NCBI GenBank assembly: GCA_963667135.1
Contig: OY762974.1
Span: 3,545,054 to 3,609,053, forward strand
Length of the DNA stretch: 64,000 bases
Reading direction: 5' to 3'
Source: an uncultured Macellibacteroides sp.
GTDB lineage: Bacteria > Bacteroidota > Bacteroidia > Bacteroidales > Tannerellaceae
In this document: positions 30,063 through 38,922 of the stretch, in pieces
Position numbering within the stretch: the first letter of the stretch is position 1
Layout of the letters: every line of letters starts with the position of its first letter
The notes under the pieces: generated by a model
Told to the model about the DNA's origin: nothing
Seen by the model: only the letters and a program-made list of their open reading frames with translations
Databases searched by the model: none
Position numbers and translations under genes: made by a program

Positions 30063-31076
30063 ATGAAAATAGAAGAAAATTACTCTTTAGAGAAGCATAA
30101 TACATTTCATTTAAATGTGAAAACCCGTTGGTTTATGGAGTATAGCACTGAAGAAGAGTTATCTCGGATCCTTCATGACGAATACGTTTCCTCTTTCGAG
30201 AAGGTTCATATAGGTGCCGGAAGTAACCTGTTATTTCTGAACGATTACAGTGGTGTTGTTCTACATTCGGCAATTAAGTGTATCGATGTAGATAAAGAAA
30301 ACGATGAATATGTCTTTCTTCGGGTAGGGGCCGGGGTTGTTTGGGATGATCTGGTAGCATATGCAGTAGATAAAGGTCTGGGAGGAATCGAGAATCTTTC
30401 ACTGATTCCCGGAGAAGTAGGTGCTGCGGCTATACAGAATATCGGAGCTTACGGAGCAGAAATTAAAGATGTGATCGAATCTGTGGAGGCTTTTGAGATT
30501 GCTACGGGGAATAAACGCATTTTTACTTTAGATGAATGTGCTTACGGATATAGATCAAGCATCTTTAAGAAAGAGCTTGTCGATAAATATATTGTTACGT
30601 ACCTGACGATACGTCTTTTTAAAGAACCTCAGTTTTCAATTGACTACAAGGATTTAAAAGATGAACTTTCGAAATATAGTATTGTAAATCTCTCATCAGT
30701 AAGGCAGGCCGTTATTGACGTTCGTACTCGTAAATTGCCAGATACTGAAGTTTTGGGAAATGCAGGAAGTTTTTTTATGAATCCGACAATCTCAGAGAAT
30801 CACTATGAGAGTTTAAAAAATGAATATCCTTCGATTCCGTCTTATGCCTTGCCCGATGGTAGAGTAAAAATACCTGCCGCCTGGTTGATTGAGCAATGTG
30901 GATTTAAAGGTAAAGCTTATGGACAGGCTGCTGTTTATGAACATCAGGCGTTAGTTTTGGTTAATTTGGGAGGAGCTGTTGGGTCCGAAATTGCTTTATT
31001 GGCAGAAGCGATTCGCGAAACAGTAGCTCAACGTTTTGGAATACAGATAGAACCCGAAGTGAAATATATTGGTTGA
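30063..31076 (+). CDS. murB: UDP-N-acetylenolpyruvoylglucosamine reductase
   Basis: FAD-binding PCMH domain (IGAGSNLLF) and MurB C-terminal blocks (GNAGSFFMNP, PAAWLIEQCGFKG). Confidence 0.93.
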   Translation: MKIEENYSLEKHNTFHLNVKTRWFMEYSTEEELSRILHDEYVSSFEKVHIGAGSNLLFLNDYSGVVLHSAIKCIDVDKENDEYVFLRVGAGVVWDDLVAYAVDKGLGGIENLSLIPGEVGAAAIQNIGAYGAEIKDVIESVEAFEIATGNKRIFTLDECAYGYRSSIFKKELVDKYIVTYLTIRLFKEPQFSIDYKDLKDELSKYSIVNLSSVRQAVIDVRTRKLPDTEVLGNAGSFFMNPTISENHYESLKNEYPSIPSYALPDGRVKIPAAWLIEQCGFKGKAYGQAAVYEHQALVLVNLGGAVGSEIALLAEAIRETVAQRFGIQIEPEVKYIG

Positions 31077-31080
31077 GAAG

Positions 31081-31836
31081 ATGAAAGTAACGTTTTTAGG
31101 TACAGGAACTTCAACGGGTAACCCCGAAATTGGGTGTAATTGTGAGGTCTGTACAAGCAAAGATCCGCGTGATTGGCGTTTAAGGGCATCTGTATTAGTG
31201 GAAACAGATGGTAAACGTTTGCTTATTGATTGTGGTCCCGATTTCAGAATGCAGATGCTGACTCATTCTATTACGAAGCTAGATGGTGTTCTGGTTACTC
31301 ATGAACATTATGATCATGTAGGAGGGTTGGATGACCTTCGTCCGTTTTGCCGTGATAAAGGCGTAGATATCTATGCCGAAGATAATGTGGCTGAAGCAAT
31401 TGTTACGCGCATGCCGTATGCATTCCGGGAATTTAAATATCCGGGAGTTCCTAATCTTGAATTAATAAGGATTACCGAAAATCCTTTTGATGCTGCTGGA
31501 GTGTGGGTAATTCCTATTCGGGTGATGCATGGTAAATTGCCCATTTTAGGCTTTCGAATAGGAGGTTTTGCCTATTTAACCGACTTAAAATATATTTCTG
31601 ACGAGGAGGTAATGAAATTACAGGGGCTGGATGTGTTGGTGATTGACGCGTTACGAAAAGGACATCATCCATCTCACGAAGGGCTTGAGGATGCCTTAGA
31701 AAATATAAAACGTATTAGTCCGAAAAAGGCATACCTGATACATATGAGTCACAGGATTGGTTTGCATGAAAAAATTGAGAAAGAATTACCATCAAATGTG
31801 TATTACGCATACGACGGACTAGTGATCAATTGCTGA
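31081..31836 (+). CDS. MBL-fold metallo-hydrolase (PhnP-like)
   Basis: MKVTFLGTGTS.., a Cys-rich CNCEVC loop and THEHYDHVGG (the HxHxDH motif). The ATG at 31081 is preferred over the TTG at 31069. Confidence 0.8.
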   Translation: MKVTFLGTGTSTGNPEIGCNCEVCTSKDPRDWRLRASVLVETDGKRLLIDCGPDFRMQMLTHSITKLDGVLVTHEHYDHVGGLDDLRPFCRDKGVDIYAEDNVAEAIVTRMPYAFREFKYPGVPNLELIRITENPFDAAGVWVIPIRVMHGKLPILGFRIGGFAYLTDLKYISDEEVMKLQGLDVLVIDALRKGHHPSHEGLEDALENIKRISPKKAYLIHMSHRIGLHEKIEKELPSNVYYAYDGLVINC

Positions 31837-32731
31837 TCGAGTCAGTTTGATTCAAACATGTTGTGTAATAGACCTGGTTGTTATCCTTGTCGAATTGTAG
31901 CATGAAATTATGTTGTGGAAAAAAACTCTTGAGCCTAAGCTGCAGAGTATCTGTCAAAAGAGGATAGATACTATCAAATGAGGCATGGTAAGGAATTCGG
32001 GTGAAAGAACAAAGCTTGTTTTCGCTTATATAAATATCTGCATATATCCAGCCGTTCCCAAGATTTACCTGTGTTGAATCATTTATTTGCGTATATACGT
32101 TTAATCTTTCAGCAGGAATAATAATATTCAGCGGAGCACTGCGATCCAGTAATTTTCGCTGAACCGAAATACTTTCAGGAAGGGACGCCTTTCCTACAGA
32201 TTGCTGAATCGCAACATATTCCAATAATTTTTTACTGAAGCTTGCTGCCCAAACGCCGTTATTATAGTATGTAACAAAAAAACGATTTCCAGGAATGGCA
32301 TAAAAAGTATATTCTGCTCCATCCACTACGATGCGTTGCGGATCGTAACTGTTGAAATAGGGGTGAAGCACTTTGAATGCAATTTCGTCGGCTTGTTCCA
32401 GTGTTGCTTTGGCGTACAATACTTCTCCCTGCGCATGATAGGAAATTAAATAAAAAGGAATTACACCTTTGTCCAACACAGAAATAAACACCTGAGGTAT
32501 GTAAGGAGTAAATAAGTCTTGTTTATTGTTATCCGAAAGAATAATTTTGGTAAGTAACGACGGCCTGTTAATACAAATTAGTGCATTCGGATTAGGTGCA
32601 ATGATCGTATACAAGTCCCCCTGTATGGTTACTTTCTTTTCGTCGATGGAAAAGAAAAAGAACCAGACCGCCAAAATTGCTACGGCTACAGAAATCAGAG
32701 CAATTATTATCTCTTTACGGTATTCTCTCAT
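31826..32731 (-). CDS. hypothetical N-terminally membrane-anchored protein
   Basis: The ORF is 301 aa from the ATG at 32731, which has a TAnnTTTG box 18 nt upstream. There is a single TM (IIIALISVAVAILAVWFFFF) and no motif I recognise. Confidence 0.6.
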   Translation of the reverse strand: MREYRKEIIIALISVAVAILAVWFFFFSIDEKKVTIQGDLYTIIAPNPNALICINRPSLLTKIILSDNNKQDLFTPYIPQVFISVLDKGVIPFYLISYHAQGEVLYAKATLEQADEIAFKVLHPYFNSYDPQRIVVDGAEYTFYAIPGNRFFVTYYNNGVWAASFSKKLLEYVAIQQSVGKASLPESISVQRKLLDRSAPLNIIIPAERLNVYTQINDSTQVNLGNGWIYADIYISENKLCSFTRIPYHASFDSIYPLLTDTLQLRLKSFFPQHNFMLQFDKDNNQVYYTTCLNQTDSISN

Positions 32732-32749
32732 GTATACTGAATATACTAG

Positions 32750-32757
32750 CAAATGTA
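32750..32757 (-). promoter_or_regulatory. Bacteroidota -7 promoter box (hypothetical membrane-anchored protein)
   Basis: Minus-strand TACATTTG, 18 nt before the ATG at 32731. Confidence 0.45.
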
Positions 32758-32898
32758 ACTAATTATCTGGTAATATAATATAGTTAATAGAAAAAAAGAC
32801 AGGCCAGGCTATTTACATTGTAGTTCCAATGAATCAGCGACTAAAGCACCGTGAGTGAAGGATGTGAAAGATAGTGTAGTTTGTTAGTACTTATGGCC

Positions 32899-32959
32899 CA
32901 AAAAGTATATACTTTTTGCCTTGAAAGATATATCTTTTAAGATCGAAAGATATATCTTT
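32899..32959. repeat. three phased AT-rich palindromes (candidate operator array)
   Basis: The first is CAAAAAGTATATACTTTTTG (32899-32918), a perfect 20-bp palindrome. The other two are AAAGATATATCTTT at 32924-32937 and 32946-32959. The dyad centres are 32908.5, 32930.5 and 32952.5, exactly 22 bp apart. Confidence 0.7.
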
Positions 32960-33001
32960 ATTCATCCAATCCTATAAGGAATGGAAACCGGCCAGGATCT
33001 G

Positions 33002-33640
33002 CTATTTCTTTGAAAAGTAAGATTTACACCATTGCTTTATTCCACATTCATCACATTTGGGCTTACGGGCCAGACATACGTATCTTCCGTGTAAAATTAG
33101 CCAGTGATGAGCTTTGGGAATTAAATTTTCCGGTATGTGCTTTACTAATTCGCGTTCGGTTTCAAGAGGAGTTTTACTGTTTAAGGTAAGCCCAATGCGG
33201 TTAGAAACTCTGAATACATGAGTATCTACAGCCATAGCCGGCTTATTAAAGATGACCGAAGCAATTACATTGGCAGTCTTTCTGCCTACACCCGGTAGCT
33301 TCTGAAGTTCATCAACATCCGAAGGAACATTTCCATTAAACTCAGACATTAATTTTTGAGCCATACCCACAAGGTGTTTAGACTTATTGTTTGGATACGA
33401 TACGCTGCGGATATACTCGAAAACAACTTCGGAGGTGGTTGCTGCTAAAACTTCGGGAGTTGGAAAAGCTTCAAAAAGGGCAGGAGTAATTTGGTTTACT
33501 CTTTTGTCTGTACATTGTGCGGAAAGAATTACAGCTATAAGTAACTGATACGGATCTTTGTAATGCAACTCAGATTCCGCTACCGGCATATTTATACTGA
33601 ACCAGTCTATTATTCCCTTATAACGTTCTTCTTTTCGCAT
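33002..33640 (-). CDS. nth: endonuclease III
   Basis: HhH-GPD region (LPGVGRKTANV), catalytic-site D (AVDTHV) and a C-terminal 4Fe-4S cluster (CLARKPKCDECGIKQWC). Confidence 0.93.
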   Translation of the reverse strand: MRKEERYKGIIDWFSINMPVAESELHYKDPYQLLIAVILSAQCTDKRVNQITPALFEAFPTPEVLAATTSEVVFEYIRSVSYPNNKSKHLVGMAQKLMSEFNGNVPSDVDELQKLPGVGRKTANVIASVIFNKPAMAVDTHVFRVSNRIGLTLNSKTPLETERELVKHIPENLIPKAHHWLILHGRYVCLARKPKCDECGIKQWCKSYFSKK

Positions 33641-33732
33641 GGGTAATTATTAAAATAACCTCATTGTTTACCCGTGTGTTTCCCCCGGGGGGGTTAATCC
33701 CGGGGGTGGTAAAAAATGATTAGGTTATCAAC

Positions 33733-34752
33733 TTAATTGGCTGACTCAAACTGTTTAAGAAAACGTACATCGTTTTCCGAAAACATACGCAAGTCTTTAA
33801 CTTGGTATTTCAAATTTGTGATACGCTCGATACCCATACCGAGTGCATATCCGGAATATACTTTACTATCAATTCCACAATTTTCAAGAACATTAGGATC
33901 CACCATTCCGCATCCTAATATTTCTACCCAACCTGTGTGCTTGCAGAATGGACATCCTTTTCCTCCACACAAATTACATGAAATATCCATCTCTGCAGAT
34001 GGTTCAGTAAATGGGAAATAGGACGGACGTAAACGGATCTTAGTATCCGGACCAAACATTTCTTTAGCAAAAAACAGCAAAGCTTGTTTTAAATCTGCAA
34101 ACGAAACATTTTTATCCACATATAAAGCCTCTACCTGATGGAAGAAGCAATGTGCGCGATACGAAATGGCTTCATTGCGGTAAACGCGTCCCGGACAAAT
34201 AATTCGGATCGGAGGTTCCTGATTTTCCATTACACGTGTCTGTACTGATGAAGTGTGTGTTCTCAACAGAACATCAGGATTATGCTGAATGAAAAAAGTG
34301 TCTTGCATGTCTCTGGCAGGATGATCTTCTGCAAAGTTAAGCGAAGAAAATACATGCCAGTCATCTTCAATTTCAGGTCCTTCAGCAATGCTAAAGCCTA
34401 ATCGTCCGAAGATATCACATATTTCTTTCTTTACAATGGAAAGAGGATGACGGGTTCCAAGTTCTATCGGATAAGCCGTACGCGTAAGATCAATAGTATC
34501 ATCTGTTGTCTGAATGCTATCGAAAGCTTCTTTCAAATCATTGATTTTCTGTTGTGCAGTTTCTTTCAGTTCATTTAAGTACTGACCAACTTCACGTTTC
34601 TGATCTGATGCAACATTGCGAAAATCATTAAAAAGGAGCGATACTTCACCCTTCTTACTGAGGTATTTAATTCGTAAAGTTTCCAGTTCTTCGGCGTTAG
34701 CCGCTTTCATATTCTCTACTTCCTGAAGCAGAGTTTTAATCTTATCGATCAT
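33733..34752 (-). CDS. pheS: phenylalanine--tRNA ligase alpha subunit
   Basis: 339 aa. Contains HPARDMQDTF, RTHTSSVQ and the class II motif 3 region (GMGIERI). Confidence 0.95.
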   Translation of the reverse strand: MIDKIKTLLQEVENMKAANAEELETLRIKYLSKKGEVSLLFNDFRNVASDQKREVGQYLNELKETAQQKINDLKEAFDSIQTTDDTIDLTRTAYPIELGTRHPLSIVKKEICDIFGRLGFSIAEGPEIEDDWHVFSSLNFAEDHPARDMQDTFFIQHNPDVLLRTHTSSVQTRVMENQEPPIRIICPGRVYRNEAISYRAHCFFHQVEALYVDKNVSFADLKQALLFFAKEMFGPDTKIRLRPSYFPFTEPSAEMDISCNLCGGKGCPFCKHTGWVEILGCGMVDPNVLENCGIDSKVYSGYALGMGIERITNLKYQVKDLRMFSENDVRFLKQFESAN

Positions 34753-34789
34753 TGCAAATCTCTTTTATTTTACAGCATGCAAAGTTAAC

Positions 34790-34797
34790 CTTTCTTT
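34790..34797 (-). promoter_or_regulatory. Bacteroidota -7 promoter box (pheS)
   Basis: Minus-strand TAACTTTG, 37 nt before the ATG at 34752. Confidence 0.5.
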
Positions 34798-34912
34798 TGA
34801 TACACGCAATGTTAATAAAATATTATTCTGATTTACATCCGATAAAATTATCCTTTTTCTTTTTTACTCAAAAATATAGAACTAATTCTCTGGCGTAAAT
34901 CAAACAATTATC

Positions 34913-34920
34913 TACATTTG
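34913..34920 (+). promoter_or_regulatory. Bacteroidota -7 promoter box (glpD-glpK-glpF)
   Basis: TACATTTG, 27 nt before the ATG at 34948. Confidence 0.5.
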
Positions 34921-34947
34921 TAAATGTTAATCTAAATCGGAATTGAT

Positions 34948-36510
34948 ATGAAAAGGAATGCGCTGTTACATCAGCTAATCACTCATGACGATGTTTTCGA
35001 CTTTATAGTAATTGGAGGTGGTGCAACAGGTCTGGGTGTTGCATTGGATGCTGCAACCCGTGGAGCAAGTGTCGCTTTGTTCGAGCAAGACGATTTTACG
35101 AAAGGAACTTCCAGCCGAAGCACTAAATTGGTTCATGGTGGCGTTCGCTATTTAGCTCAAGGGGATCTTTCATTGGTTTTGGAGGCTTTACGCGAAAGAG
35201 GTTTACTAAGGAAAAATGCCCCTCATCTTGTCAAAAATCAAACTTTTTTAATTCCGTGTTACAGGTGGTGGGAAGGTGCCTTTTATACCATTGGACTCAT
35301 ATTATATGATTTAATGGCTGCAAACTTAGGTCTAGGCCGGTCTTTTTGCATAGGGCCGAAGCGCGCTGTAAAAACAATTCCGATGTTACGTAAAAAAGGA
35401 ATGAAAGCCGGCGTTATATATCACGATGGTCAGTTTGATGATTCACGATTGGCTGTAAATATAGCCCAGACCGCTGTAGACGCGGGTGCTTGTTTGCTTA
35501 ATTACATGAAGGTAACAGAATTGATTAAGCAGGATGGGAAGGTTTGTGGTGTAAAAGTGATGGATATGGAATCAGGTTTGAGCCATATAGTCAGATCAAA
35601 AACGATAATTAATGCTACAGGCGTTTTTGCCGACGATATCTTGCAAATGGATGAACCAGGTAAAAAGCCCACTGTACAACCTAGTCAGGGAGTTCATTTA
35701 GTTTTGGATTCTTCTTTCCTTCAAAGTAACTGCGCTATAATGATACCTAAAACAGCCGATGGCAGAGTACTCTTTGCAGTTCCATGGCATGATAAAATAG
35801 TGGTTGGAACAACAGATACGGTGATGAAGCATGCGGCATTAGAGCCAGTCGCATTGGAAGAGGAAATCGATTTTATTCTTTCAACGGCAGGGCAGTATTT
35901 AACCAGACCTCCACAGCGAAAAGATGTTTTGTCTGTTTTTGCAGGACTCAGACCTTTGGCTGCGCCGCGTAGTCACGATAAAAAAACAAAAGAAATTTCA
36001 AGGAGTCATAAACTGATTGTTGAAAAATCGGGGTTGATAACAATTATAGGCGGAAAATGGACTACATATCGGAAAATGGCTCAAGATACAATTGATCTTG
36101 CCTATACCAAAATGCATATGAAGGTGCCTGAATGTGTAACCGAATCTTATTCCATCCATGGTAGTAAAACAAATCCCGACTATAATGATCCATTGTATGT
36201 GTATGGATCTGATGCCGAAGAAATACGATCCCTTATTGCTTCTTCTCCAGTTATGGGAGAAAAGCTTCATCCTGATTATGCCTATACAGCAGGCGAAGTT
36301 ATATGGATAGTACGAAATGAAATGGCACTTTCGCTGGAAGATGTGCTTGCCAGGAGACTACGTATCTTGTTTTTAGATGCTTATGCAGCAATAGCTATGG
36401 CACCTCGGACTGCCCAATTGATTGCTTCAGAAAGAGATAAAGATCAGGATTGGATTAATAATCAGCTTGAGCTTTTCAACTCAATGGCTTCCAATTATAT
36501 TTTGAAATAA
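34948..36510 (+). CDS. glpD: FAD-dependent glycerol-3-phosphate dehydrogenase
   Basis: N-terminal dinucleotide fold (DFIVIGGGATGLGVALDAATRG) and GTSSRSTKLVHGGVRY. It sits next to glpK and glpF. Confidence 0.88.
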   Translation: MKRNALLHQLITHDDVFDFIVIGGGATGLGVALDAATRGASVALFEQDDFTKGTSSRSTKLVHGGVRYLAQGDLSLVLEALRERGLLRKNAPHLVKNQTFLIPCYRWWEGAFYTIGLILYDLMAANLGLGRSFCIGPKRAVKTIPMLRKKGMKAGVIYHDGQFDDSRLAVNIAQTAVDAGACLLNYMKVTELIKQDGKVCGVKVMDMESGLSHIVRSKTIINATGVFADDILQMDEPGKKPTVQPSQGVHLVLDSSFLQSNCAIMIPKTADGRVLFAVPWHDKIVVGTTDTVMKHAALEPVALEEEIDFILSTAGQYLTRPPQRKDVLSVFAGLRPLAAPRSHDKKTKEISRSHKLIVEKSGLITIIGGKWTTYRKMAQDTIDLAYTKMHMKVPECVTESYSIHGSKTNPDYNDPLYVYGSDAEEIRSLIASSPVMGEKLHPDYAYTAGEVIWIVRNEMALSLEDVLARRLRILFLDAYAAIAMAPRTAQLIASERDKDQDWINNQLELFNSMASNYILK

Positions 36511-36560
36511 CTTATATAGTAGTAATTGATATATATAAAACTTGTTAACAAAATACTTTT

Positions 36561-38060
36561 ATGAACTTTAAAAATAAATATGTTCTGGCTATTGATCAAG
36601 GTACAACAAGCTCGCGTGCTATTATTTTTAATCATCAGGGGGAGATTGTAACCATTTCACAAAAAGATTTCCAGCAGTACTTTCCTAAACCAGGTTGGGT
36701 TGAACATGATCCCAACGAAATTTGGTATTCGCAGAGTTCTGTTATAAAGGAAGCAATGGCTAAAGCAGATCTTACTGATAAGAATATTGCTTGTATTGGA
36801 ATTACAAACCAACGGGAAACAACTGTTGTATGGGATAGAGAAACTGGTTTCCCTGTTTATAATGCAATTGTATGGCAGGATAGACGTACTGCGGATTTTT
36901 GTGAAGAGCTCAAGTCAAAAGGCTATGCGGAACTAATTCAGGAAAAAACAGGGTTAATTATAGATGCATACTTTTCCGCGACAAAAATAAAATGGATTTT
37001 AGAAAACGTAAAAGGAATAAGAGAGCGAGCAGAAAGAGGCGAGCTTTGCTTTGGAACTATTGATTCCTGGCTTATATGGAAGCTTTCCAAGGGAGAAAAA
37101 CACCTCACGGATGTTAGTAATGCTTCCCGAACCATGTTGTTTAATATTCATACACTTACCTGGGACAAGGAGTTGCTTGCTATTTTCTCTATTCCAGAGT
37201 CAATGCTTCCGGAAGTAAAGTCTAGCAGCGAGATTTATTGTGAAACAAAAAGTCCGCTTTTCTCATCAGGAATCCCTGTTTCGGGAATTGCCGGCGATCA
37301 GCAAGCAGCCCTTTTCGGACAACTTTGTCTGGAGGAAGGAATGACAAAAACTACCTATGGTACAGGATGTTTTATGGTTATGAATACAGGAAAGAAGCCT
37401 GTTAAATCGCATAATAATCTACTTACCACCATTGCCTGGAAGATTGGCGATGATGTAACGTACGCACTCGAAGGAAGTGTTTTTGTTGGAGGAGCAGTTG
37501 TTCAGTGGTTACGTGATGGTATTGGGTTGGTGTCAAGTGCGTCGGCAACGGAGCAAATGGCAGATTCGGTTCCGGATAATGGCGGAGTGTTTTTTGTGCC
37601 TGCTTTAACCGGTTTAGGTGCCCCTTATTGGGATCAGTATGCACGTGGTGCAATTCTTGGTATTACACGGGGAACTACAGCGGCGCACATTACCCGTGCA
37701 GCTCTTGAGGGAATTACATACCAGGTATACGATGTGCTAAATTCGATGGAAAATGATATAAACTCGAAGTTGAAGGAAATTCGTGTAGATGGAGGTGCAG
37801 TAGCAAATAATTTTCTGATGCAATTTCAGGCAGACATTTGCCGTTGTCCGGTAGTTAGGCCAAAGGTACTGGAAACTACAGCCTTGGGTGTTGCCTATTT
37901 GGCCGGACTTGCTGTTGGATATTGGAAAGATATGTCAGACTTGAAAGAGCAGTGGTGCGTGGATAAAATTTTTACATTTAAAATGAAAGAAGAAAAATCC
38001 GAACACTTGCTTCTACAATGGCATAAGGCTGTAGGGCGTTCCCTTCAGTGGGCAGAGTAA
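36561..38060 (+). CDS. glpK: glycerol kinase
   Basis: [30 protein letters not shown] and [10 protein letters not shown]. 499 aa. Confidence 0.95.
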   Translation: MNFKNKYVLAIDQGTTSSRAIIFNHQGEIVTISQKDFQQYFPKPGWVEHDPNEIWYSQSSVIKEAMAKADLTDKNIACIGITNQRETTVVWDRETGFPVYNAIVWQDRRTADFCEELKSKGYAELIQEKTGLIIDAYFSATKIKWILENVKGIRERAERGELCFGTIDSWLIWKLSKGEKHLTDVSNASRTMLFNIHTLTWDKELLAIFSIPESMLPEVKSSSEIYCETKSPLFSSGIPVSGIAGDQQAALFGQLCLEEGMTKTTYGTGCFMVMNTGKKPVKSHNNLLTTIAWKIGDDVTYALEGSVFVGGAVVQWLRDGIGLVSSASATEQMADSVPDNGGVFFVPALTGLGAPYWDQYARGAILGITRGTTAAHITRAALEGITYQVYDVLNSMENDINSKLKEIRVDGGAVANNFLMQFQADICRCPVVRPKVLETTALGVAYLAGLAVGYWKDMSDLKEQWCVDKIFTFKMKEEKSEHLLLQWHKAVGRSLQWAE

Positions 38061-38081
38061 TAATATAATAATTAAAAAGAT

Positions 38082-38825
38082 ATGAGTCCGTTTTTAGCAG
38101 AGTTGATAGGAACAGCATTCCTGATTTTGATGGGAGGAGGAGTGGTAGCTAATGCTGTATTAGATAAGACGAAAGGAAATAATGCTGGTTGGATGGCGAT
38201 TACAACAGCATGGGCTATGGGTGTTTTTATCGGTGTTGTAGTAGCCGGACCGTATAGTGGGGCACACTTGAATCCTGCAATTACAATTGGATTGGCAGTT
38301 GCCGGTTCTTTTCCATGGGGAAGTGTTTTTTCTTACATAGTGGCACAGTTGCTGGGTGCAGCCATTGGAGCATTTCTGGTTTGGGTTATTTACAAAGATC
38401 ATTTCGACCAAACGGAGAACAAAATATCCAAGTTGGGTGTTTTTTGTACTGTACCGGAAATACGTCATCCTTTGATAAACTTTACAACTGAAGTAATCGG
38501 AACTTTTGTCTTGATGTTTGTTGTATTCTATATTACCAAAGGGGAGGCGCAGATGCTAAATGATAAAGTTGTAATTCCTGTAGGATTGGGTTCCGTAGGG
38601 GCTATACCTGTTTCTTTTACTGTTTGGGTGATTGGCCTTTCCCTTGGTGGCACAACAGGGTATGCAATAAATCCTGCAAGAGACCTGGCGCCCCGGTTTA
38701 TGCATGCTATATTGCCAATTAAAGATAAAGGATCAAGTCAATGGTCTTATTCTTGGATTCCAATTGCAGGTCCGCTGGTGGGAGCAATACTTGCCGCGTT
38801 GCTTTACCTGCTTTTGCATAATTAA
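38082..38825 (+). CDS. glpF: glycerol uptake facilitator (MIP/aquaglyceroporin)
   Basis: Two NPA boxes (GAHLNPAITIG and YAINPARDLAPR) and six predicted TM segments. Confidence 0.92.
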   Translation: MSPFLAELIGTAFLILMGGGVVANAVLDKTKGNNAGWMAITTAWAMGVFIGVVVAGPYSGAHLNPAITIGLAVAGSFPWGSVFSYIVAQLLGAAIGAFLVWVIYKDHFDQTENKISKLGVFCTVPEIRHPLINFTTEVIGTFVLMFVVFYITKGEAQMLNDKVVIPVGLGSVGAIPVSFTVWVIGLSLGGTTGYAINPARDLAPRFMHAILPIKDKGSSQWSYSWIPIAGPLVGAILAALLYLLLHN

Positions 38826-38922
38826 TGTTTGAAAGTTACAATTTGCTAATTATTAAAATATTATTCATTGTATAGAAGAACATAAGTTATTTCTATTCAA
38901 TGTATTCAATTAATTAAACGTT

